Source: a virus
Lineage: Duplodnaviria; Caudoviricetes
Length of the DNA: 30,968 bases
Direction: 5' to 3' (one strand)
IMG/VR virus record: IMGVR_UViG_3300047553_000184
Location: 1 to 30,968 of that record
Shown here piece by piece: positions 25,129-30,968 of the stretch (the stretch's first letter is position 1; every line of letters begins with the position of its first letter). Both the position numbers and the translations under genes were made by a program. The notes under the pieces are model-generated. The model did no database searches and had not been told where the DNA came from. It saw only the letters and a list, made by a program, of their open reading frames with translations.

Positions 25129-25337
25129 CTTGCTTTGCCTTTATAGAATTTGAAGTCATAGATTGCTTTTGAGAACTCATCAAAATTCGCGATTGGTTCA
25201 TCTTTCTCGAATTTATAAGGTGTTGCCTCTGGCATCTCACGAAGTCTCTTAGAGTTTCTCTTGATGCAATGGTGGGCATAACCTATCGCAAACGCAACAG
25301 GTGTGCCAATGATTAGATAAATGATGTCTAGTGCCAT
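25125..25337 (-). CDS. Small membrane-anchored protein
   Basis: 70 aa with an N-terminal hydrophobic segment. Confidence 0.65.
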   Translation of the reverse strand: MALDIIYLIIGTPVAFAIGYAHHCIKRNSKRLREMPEATPYKFEKDEPIANFDEFSKAIYDFKFYKGKAR

Positions 25338-25351
25338 AGTTATATAAATAG

Positions 25352-25380
25352 TGGGGGCTTTTACACCCCCATTTTTTTTT
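25352..25380. terminator. Intergenic GC hairpin, possibly a bidirectional terminator
   Basis: TGGGGG-CTTTTACA-CCCCCA followed by a T-run on +. The minus strand has only CTATTT after the stem. Confidence 0.55.
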
Positions 25381-25642
25381 AGAATTTGTATTGAGTAAAA
25401 AGTTCAAATGTCATACCGGGAGTGATTTGCAAATCTCCATTCTCATCTTTGCTCATATAGATATAATTCTTTTGAGTCAACTGTGAGATGTACCCTTTCA
25501 CTTGCTCTTGAGTTAATTGATTTACAAATTCAATCACTTCATTGAAGTAAGTGAAACATCCACGAGTGTACTTGTAAGATGCGTCTACGATTGCTTTGAG
25601 AACTAGAGTTTCGTTTTCGTTTAAGTTGTTGTTGTTTTTCAT
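25379..25642 (-). CDS. Hypothetical winged-helix-like protein
   Basis: 87 aa with its own promoter. EQVKGYISQLTQKNYI helix-wing pattern. Confidence 0.65.
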   Translation of the reverse strand: MKNNNNLNENETLVLKAIVDASYKYTRGCFTYFNEVIEFVNQLTQEQVKGYISQLTQKNYIYMSKDENGDLQITPGMTFELFTQYKF

Positions 25643-25661
25643 ATCGCTTTGTATTATGATT

Positions 25662-25692
25662 CAAAACTACACCTTTTTTTTATATATGCAAT
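25662..25692 (-). promoter_or_regulatory. Bacteroidota primary-sigma promoter
   Basis: ATTG-N19-TAGTTTTG with an A-rich upstream region. Confidence 0.75.
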
Positions 25693-25726
25693 ACACTCGA
25701 AAACTTTTTTTTCTATTTATTTTGTT

Positions 25727-26365
25727 TTATGACAATTCTATGACACTCTTGAGCATATTACCTGCGTAGTATAACTTCTCGTCAATCAAGTCTTTCACGT
25801 CGTCAAGTGTTATATTTACTACGTGCAACTTGTGTGAATCTTGAAATCTAGGGTCGTACGAAACAAAGAACGCGTTCTCACAAGCAGACGCAATCATACC
25901 CATTTGTACTTGCCAGTAGTACTCGCTATGAAGCGACTTCAAGTCTTCGTTTGTTTTGATTGAGAAGTTGCGAAGATGAACACCGCTATTGAAAGGACAT
26001 TTTATCTCAACGATAAAGTCATCACCTAACGCATCGGGAGAATATCCACCAAACTCACCGTATTCGATGAAGACGAACGTCTCACCTCCGTAGTAAGTAG
26101 CGAGAGTGTTGAAAGGGTCAAACGCTTCGTATGCTTGTTTCTCGTGTTCTTTACCCCAATCAAGAGCGCGACCATAGATTTCGTTTCTTTGGTTCGTGAG
26201 AATCTCTGCACCTTTCTCGTAGATAAAAGTCTTCGCGGTCTCGCTCAAGTACTCCGATTTGTTTCTCGGAGTACCCATCAACTTGTGAATTTGTGAAGCG
26301 GTAAATCTTGTGCGTCGCAACTCTAACCATTGCTCTTCACTTTGTGTAGTCGTAACCATTCTCAA
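25727..26365 (-). CDS. YqaJ/lambda-type exonuclease
   Basis: WLELR...FTAS, WGKEHE, SPD, EIKCP, YYWQVQ. Confidence 0.9.
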   Translation of the reverse strand: MRMVTTTQSEEQWLELRRTRFTASQIHKLMGTPRNKSEYLSETAKTFIYEKGAEILTNQRNEIYGRALDWGKEHEKQAYEAFDPFNTLATYYGGETFVFIEYGEFGGYSPDALGDDFIVEIKCPFNSGVHLRNFSIKTNEDLKSLHSEYYWQVQMGMIASACENAFFVSYDPRFQDSHKLHVVNITLDDVKDLIDEKLYYAGNMLKSVIELS

Positions 26366-26369
26366 TCAT

Positions 26370-26903
26370 TCATTTGACACTAGACAACAATTTGTAGTCA
26401 ACTTCACTCAATGTGTACTTTTGAGTAATGTCACTAATCTTACCACCTTTTTGAATGTGTTCTACTGCACGTTGCCAGTTTGGGTGTTTAGGTGTGAGAG
26501 TTTCTTTTTGTGGTGTGCGTCCCATTGCTTTCTCTCCATCGTCATCGTCGTCGATGTTAAGACCTAAGATTGCACCTAGAGCGTAGCGTCGTGCGTAAGT
26601 GATTGCAGAACCCATCGCTTGAGGGTCGTTTTGTTTTGCGACAGGCATCTTGTACGACGCTTCAATCCATTCACCGCTCTCGCTATGAATTAAGATAGTT
26701 GTCAAAGCGTCATCGTCTGGGAGTTGTGCAAACGCAAGACCGCACTCACTCAATGGTTTTTGAATAGTGTCTAAGATGTTCGCTAAAGATGCGTACTTAG
26801 ATTTGAAAAATGGGTTGTTTGCTTCTTTCGACACTTTGCCGATTGATGCTTGAAACTTGCACAGAGCAAGTCCAATGTTCTTGATTGATTCGCTTTTGTT
26901 CAT
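26370..26903 (-). CDS. erf: ERF-family single-strand annealing protein
   Basis: NPFFKSKYA...QAMGSAITYARRY...DDDDG. Start reassigned to ATG 26903. Confidence 0.9.
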   Translation of the reverse strand: MNKSESIKNIGLALCKFQASIGKVSKEANNPFFKSKYASLANILDTIQKPLSECGLAFAQLPDDDALTTILIHSESGEWIEASYKMPVAKQNDPQAMGSAITYARRYALGAILGLNIDDDDDGEKAMGRTPQKETLTPKHPNWQRAVEHIQKGGKISDITQKYTLSEVDYKLLSSVK

Positions 26904-26904
26904 A

Positions 26905-27096
26905 TTAGTTTTCGATTTGTTCAATGATTTCTTTTGCCGTCTTGAATACTTTGACCGCCGTAGGGTGATACACGTCACCTTTCAAATACTTACGAATAGT
27001 AGGGAGAGACAAACCTGTTCTCTCGTGGATAGTCTTTTGAAGACCGTGATAGTGTTTGTGTTTTAGTTCTTCTTGAATTTGCTCTATGTTTGTCAT
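26905..27096 (-). CDS. Small HTH (Cro-like) regulator
   Basis: IHERTGLSLPTIRKYLKG. First gene after an early promoter. Confidence 0.7.
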   Translation of the reverse strand: MTNIEQIQEELKHKHYHGLQKTIHERTGLSLPTIRKYLKGDVYHPTAVKVFKTAKEIIEQIEN

Positions 27097-27102
27097 ACCT
27101 CA

Positions 27103-27133
27103 CAAAAGTACAACAATTCTTTCATAATGCAAA
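27103..27133 (-). promoter_or_regulatory. Bacteroidota primary-sigma promoter (early operon)
   Basis: TTTG-N19-TACTTTTG. Confidence 0.8.
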
Positions 27134-27144
27134 CAAAAAGAAAA

Positions 27145-27693
27145 TTATTTTATATCTATCGAGAAGATTCTGTTTCCTAGTTTAGTAGCAAGTTCTGTCG
27201 AAATGCCGTCTAGAAGTTGTTGATTCCATACGTTGCGTATGAACTTTGTCGGTTTGATACCTCGACGACCTATCGCGATTGCGATTGCTTGTGCTTTGTT
27301 GCGTCGTGCAGTAGCGAGGTCTTCATTCTTTGAACCTCGTACTTGTATACCTTTGTCGATGAGCCATTGTTCGATGGCTTGTACGGGTGGGCGTTTGCCA
27401 CGACGACGACCTCCGTCGACATACTCTGCGTAGTCTTCCATTCCTAGACGCATCGTCAATGATGTAGGCGTTCTAGTAGTCTCAAGAGGTTTGATAGATT
27501 GTCTTAACTTACCACTAGCGTTTGAATCGTATGTAAATTTCCCTCTTCGCTTTGGCTTGTCAAGTTCTTCTTGAAGTTGAATCGTTACTTTATTCCAAAA
27601 GTTTGCAATTATTTGATTCAACTCGCTATCACCTTTCGTGACGAAAGAGTCTGCGCGTTCTCCTAGCCCGTTCAAAAATTCATCAAAGGTCAT
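27145..27693 (-). CDS. Neck/tail-completion protein (HK97 gp10-like)
   Basis: ASGKLRQSI, YAEYVDGGR, PP...IEQW, GIKPTKF. Confidence 0.7.
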   Translation of the reverse strand: MTFDEFLNGLGERADSFVTKGDSELNQIIANFWNKVTIQLQEELDKPKRRGKFTYDSNASGKLRQSIKPLETTRTPTSLTMRLGMEDYAEYVDGGRRRGKRPPVQAIEQWLIDKGIQVRGSKNEDLATARRNKAQAIAIAIGRRGIKPTKFIRNVWNQQLLDGISTELATKLGNRIFSIDIK

Positions 27694-28297
27694 TGAGCAT
27701 CTCGATTAATTGTGGGTGAGGGTAAACATCTATCTTGTCTTTGCGTACTGAGTTATGGGTGAAGACTCCATTCTTCCCACTCAACGCTCTCTTCGTCACT
27801 TGCCAAATATCCTCGTTGTAAGTCAAGTCGATTGCGTATTTCTCTCTCCATAACAAGAGCAACTCTTTGACGCTTTCGATTTGCTTCGTTGTGTAGTTCT
27901 CGAAGTACTCATATCCTTTGTAAGGTGTGTCAAGTTTGCAAACGTCTTTCACTTCTTTACCGACGTAGTTGTAGTACTTCGTTCCTTTTTTAGTCAAGTA
28001 CCCCCAATTACACAATTCGATACCGATAGACGACTTATCTAGATTTGTGTATGGTAGACCCAAGAAATGAGACGACTTGAGACCTAAGTGATACGCCCAA
28101 AACTTCGAGTCAAACCCTTGCACGATTTGACCATCACGAGAGATAGCGACACAAGTAGCGACTTTGATAGCGTCTGCTTCCCAAAACTTGAAAGTTGAGA
28201 GAGCATCTGCGCCACCTGCCGTATGATGCAAGTAGATTTGTTTCTTCGTTGTTTCTTCTGCGTTATAGCCCTTGAACGGAGTTTGCTTGATATTCAT
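27683..28297 (-). CDS. Endolysin, N-acetylmuramoyl-L-alanine amidase
   Basis: IYLHHTAG, SIGIEL, TH...KID zinc-amidase motifs. Confidence 0.88.
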   Translation of the reverse strand: MNIKQTPFKGYNAEETTKKQIYLHHTAGGADALSTFKFWEADAIKVATCVAISRDGQIVQGFDSKFWAYHLGLKSSHFLGLPYTNLDKSSIGIELCNWGYLTKKGTKYYNYVGKEVKDVCKLDTPYKGYEYFENYTTKQIESVKELLLLWREKYAIDLTYNEDIWQVTKRALSGKNGVFTHNSVRKDKIDVYPHPQLIEMLNDL

Positions 28298-28496
28298 TTG
28301 TGAGTCGTGTTAAGTACCAATTCGCTTTCTTTAAGTCTTCGAGACGATTCTTTTTCTCGAATCGCCACACATATTTCAAGACGTTGCCTTTGAGATATCC
28401 GTAGAACGCTTCTTGTGTCATAGACGCTTTGATTGCTTCTATTGCTTCGACATCTCCTGTCTTATAGTGGTTTGGGTTTATCGCATCTTTTTCCAT
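28263..28496 (-). CDS. DUF3310/SaV-like protein
   Basis: NPNHY...EAI...GNVLKYVWR...EDLKKANWYL. Confidence 0.85.
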   Translation of the reverse strand: MEKDAINPNHYKTGDVEAIEAIKASMTQEAFYGYLKGNVLKYVWRFEKKNRLEDLKKANWYLTRLTNEYQANSVQGL

Positions 28497-28711
28497 CGTG
28501 ACGCAAAAGTATAAAAGTCCTCGTCAATTATCAATGAATGACCGCCATTTAAGAAGAGTTGAGTGTGTTCGTGATACGCGCTAATCGCTACAACTTGACG
28601 CAAATCGACAAGACCTTCTTCAAGATATTCGATAATCTCTGGGTCGACTCCCATCTCAAGAAACGCGTTGTCGTTTCTCTCTTCGTGAACGATTAAGACA
28701 TCTACAATCAT
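28478..28711 (-). CDS. Hypothetical protein
   Basis: 77 aa, acidic, overlap-coupled. Confidence 0.65.
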   Translation of the reverse strand: MIVDVLIVHEERNDNAFLEMGVDPEIIEYLEEGLVDLRQVVAISAYHEHTQLFLNGGHSLIIDEDFYTFASRWKKMR

Positions 28712-29550
28712 AGCGTTTTGTGTGTGTAAGCGTGAATCTTTCTACCTTCATTCTCGTCTCTAACAGGTTTGAGAATAAGCCAACGCCCTCCGATTGGTTT
28801 AGGTGACGCACCTCTCTCGACGTGCCATCCTTTAGAGCCGTCTCCATACTCTTCTTTGTACGCACTTGTACGAATCATTAAGATATCGCGTTGTTGTACC
28901 GTGTCTTTGTGTGTGAGATACTCTACCGTGTAAGTCAACTCGTAGTCTTCGTGAACGTGTCCCATCCAAATCGCGTCTGCGCCCTCGACGTTGACACTCA
29001 TACGATTGTGTTGAATAGTGCCTCGTGTAACTGCACCACCGCCACCAAATCCGTGCATATATTTGATAGCGTAACTTATCGTATGTTTCTCGCCAGTACG
29101 GAAAGCATAGCGAATCCATCCACCATAGCCACCTACTTGAATTTGTGTATCACACTTGTAGTTAAGAAGAGTGACAAAGCGTTCGATTATGTCTGTCTCT
29201 TGACGCTTCAAGATGGCGGTTTCGTGGTTGCCATAACCGATTAACTTGATGAGATGTGCGTAAGGTGCAAACCAATCAACCGCCGTGTTGATAATAGCGT
29301 CGAAGTAATTTGCGACGTTATGCTCTTCTCGAATATCGCTCTTCGATTTGCGAGGGTCGTAGGCACCTTGCATCAAACAAAACAAGTCCCCATTTATGAG
29401 AATATCGTGATTCCCTTTTAATGCTTCGTCAAGATGTTTCTTGAGTAATGCTCTGTCACATTTAGGATTATCCCAATGTAAGTCAGAGATGAGTAGAACT
29501 TTTGTTTCTTCCCACGATTTGTCGATTCGGATGACGTTATTTTTCTTCAT
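28708..29550 (-). CDS. Calcineurin-like metallophosphoesterase
   Basis: SDLH, NGDLF, GNHE, HG and GHVH motifs. Confidence 0.9.
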   Translation of the reverse strand: MKKNNVIRIDKSWEETKVLLISDLHWDNPKCDRALLKKHLDEALKGNHDILINGDLFCLMQGAYDPRKSKSDIREEHNVANYFDAIINTAVDWFAPYAHLIKLIGYGNHETAILKRQETDIIERFVTLLNYKCDTQIQVGGYGGWIRYAFRTGEKHTISYAIKYMHGFGGGGAVTRGTIQHNRMSVNVEGADAIWMGHVHEDYELTYTVEYLTHKDTVQQRDILMIRTSAYKEEYGDGSKGWHVERGASPKPIGGRWLILKPVRDENEGRKIHAYTHKTL

Positions 29551-29873
29551 ACAATAAGACCAAGCACAAAAGCAATAACAGAGAAGACTAAGATTTGTGA
29601 TTTAAGCGTCTTCTCGTGCGTTCTAAGCGACTCGATTTCGATTTGCTTAGTTTGTATAGTTCGTGCTTGAATTGTGCGAATAGAGTCGATTTGTGCGATT
29701 TCGATAGAATCTAGTAAAATCAACTTTTTGTAGTCGAGAACTTTGCGTCTCGCTTTTGCGCCCTCAACGAGATAGTGATTCGCTTGTGAGAGAGTCAATG
29801 TGTCGATGCAAATTGATTGCCCTTTTAAGTCCGTCGCTAGTACGAGAAAAAGTGTCAACATACATCGTGTCAT
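29547..29873 (-). CDS. Envelope protein (signal peptide, coiled coil, C-terminal TM); spanin-like
   Basis: Probable start at 29873 or 29861. Overlaps the upstream TM-protein gene. Confidence 0.5.
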   Translation of the reverse strand: MTRCMLTLFLVLATDLKGQSICIDTLTLSQANHYLVEGAKARRKVLDYKKLILLDSIEIAQIDSIRTIQARTIQTKQIEIESLRTHEKTLKSQILVFSVIAFVLGLIV

Positions 29874-30069
29874 ACATATAAATAGAATCGCGTAGAATCT
29901 GTTTCTTGAATCGCACTTTTTCGATAGTATCTTCATAGTAAGAAATCGTCTCAATGTACATTGGTTCTTTCTCAATCGGTTTGAAATTGAAGAAAGCGTA
30001 CGCAATGCTACACAGGTACAACGCAACTATTAGCCAAGTAAGGAGTAGAAATCTGGAATTGGATGCCAT
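29764..30069 (-). CDS. N-terminal TM protein; i-spanin-like
   Basis: MASNSRFLLLTWLIVALYLCSIAYAFF followed by a soluble domain. Confidence 0.5.
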   Translation of the reverse strand: MASNSRFLLLTWLIVALYLCSIAYAFFNFKPIEKEPMYIETISYYEDTIEKVRFKKQILRDSIYMYDTMYVDTFSRTSDGLKRAINLHRHIDSLTSESLSR

Positions 30070-30451
30070 AACCTGCGACAATGTCTGTTTTTGCGTCATA
30101 GAATGGCTCTGCCGTGCTACTCACTATCAACTGAAAATCTTCTAAGTTGTTGTAGTGGTAGTCGATTAGAGACATAATGTCGATAATGATTTGAGCAGTA
30201 TCGCTCAAGACTTCGATTGTGTTTGACTCGCTCTCGAATACTCTATCGAATACTAAAAGAGCAAAGCGATAGTTCACATATCGCCCGTCACGAGTTGCTA
30301 AATCAAAGCCGTCTGGCACTAACCAAACGAGAGGGTAGAACTTCACCTCGTCGACTGCTAGGTTGTATTCTGCGCCAACAGAGAACTTGCCTACCATCTT
30401 ATGACTTTCGACTTGAGTTCGTATTTTTGCTATGATTTGATTTAGTGTCAT
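30008..30451 (-). CDS. Tail terminator-like protein
   Basis: 147 aa, acidic. YPLVWL, EVLSDT and AEPF...VAG pattern. Follows the adaptor. Confidence 0.65.
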   Translation of the reverse strand: MTLNQIIAKIRTQVESHKMVGKFSVGAEYNLAVDEVKFYPLVWLVPDGFDLATRDGRYVNYRFALLVFDRVFESESNTIEVLSDTAQIIIDIMSLIDYHYNNLEDFQLIVSSTAEPFYDAKTDIVAGYGIQFQISTPYLANSCVVPV

Positions 30452-30498
30452 TCTTTAAGAATTTGATGAGTTTGGCTTCGTTGTTTTTTTGCCACTTA

Positions 30499-30968
30499 TT
30501 ATCTCTCGTCGGGCGGGAAGTCATAGTTCCAGAAACAATCGTCATAGTCTGTTGGTAAATAGATACCTCCTACAAAAGTAGTGCTTGATGGGCGAATAGT
30601 ATCAAAGGTCGAGCCGGGATTCAAAAACAAAGGATAGTCGTTTGTGTATTCTCTCAAGTAATCTCTCAAACGATTGGCGTAGTACTCTGCTTTATCACGA
30701 TAGCGATTCTCTAAAAGAGTCAACTCGTCTACACTTATTGCACGAGCGTTGTCACTCTCTCTACTTGCTACGCTCTTATTCATCAATTTGAACGTCATAG
30801 GAAGCATCGCTTCGCACAAAGTATAGTACTTCAAGCATGGTGCAATATAAGAGTCTAGAAGCGTTGTATTGAGCGCGGTTAAAGTACCTGCAAACGCTTG
30901 AGTTTGTAGTTCGTTGTAGATACCACTTCCAATGATGTCACGAATGTATATCTCTTGACTCTCTTTGA
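30499..30968 (-). CDS. 3' part of putative head-tail adaptor (starts at 221 across the join)
   Basis: Frame is open from the window end to TAA at 30499. Confidence 0.8.
   Translation of the reverse strand, partial: KESQEIYIRDIIGSGIYNELQTQAFAGTLTALNTTLLDSYIAPCLKYYTLCEAMLPMTFKLMNKSVASRESDNARAISVDELTLLENRYRDKAEYYANRLRDYLREYTNDYPLFLNPGSTFDTIRPSSTTFVGGIYLPTDYDDCFWNYDFPPDER
30842..30968. repeat. Terminal direct repeat copy 2
   Basis: Identical to 1-127. Confidence 0.97.

Noticed and set aside
8132-29119. Nested minus-strand alternative-frame ORFs (8132, 9770, 11281, 15059, 25049, 26026, 28656, 28832)
   Set aside because: They lie within stronger genes and have no motif or start context.
114-30435. 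All plus-strand ORFs in the track (e.g. 7449-7850, 19545-19991, 28891-29244)
   Set aside because: They are antisense shadows of well-supported minus-strand genes and show no recognisable motifs.
30842-30968. 127-bp repeat as a biological terminal repeat or att site
   Set aside because: It falls mid-gene and its length matches a common assembler k-mer, so it is best read as a circular overlap.
1-30968. CRISPR array, tRNA genes, integrase, alternative genetic code
   Set aside because: No spaced repeat array, cloverleaf or recombinase motif was seen. Genes tile densely under the standard code using all three stop codons.

Overview
The window is a complete, circularly assembled tailed-phage genome (Caudoviricetes, siphovirus-like) of 30,841 bp. 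Bases 1-127 repeat exactly at 30842-30968, and a head-tail adaptor-like gene reads through that join. Every credible gene is on the minus strand. The host is very likely Bacteroidota: four TTG-N19-TAnnTTTG promoters are present, and the start regions are A-rich without Shine-Dalgarno motifs. In transcription order the genome carries: an early block (HTH, ERF, lambda-type exonuclease, dCMP deaminase); replication genes (initiator, DnaB); a TAGT/GREB1-like glycosyltransferase pair; a DnaA-C-domain protein; a phage sigma factor; small ORFs; HNH, TerS, a GT-B glycosyltransferase and TerL; a frameshifting tail chaperone; tail tip genes and tape measure; protease, scaffold, major capsid and major tail; a fibre cassette; holin-like genes; portal, adaptor and tail terminator; spanin-like genes; a phosphoesterase; endolysin; and a neck protein. 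I saw no integrase, DNA polymerase, tRNA or CRISPR array. Best leads: (1) a ~90-nt leader before the replication initiator, in which two hairpin loops are exact reverse complements and one hairpin is a terminator (candidate kissing-loop attenuator); (2) a late promoter motif (TTGnnAC-N14-GCTATTT) 6-7 nt before structural start codons, probably read by the phage sigma factor; (3) a DNA glycosyltransferase-like pair with no visible base-activating enzyme; (4) CCWGG avoidance, with 10 of 10 Pro-Gly pairs encoded CCS-GGN; (5) a short Cys-containing motif shared by three tail-region proteins. All family assignments come from motif recognition by eye, not database searches.
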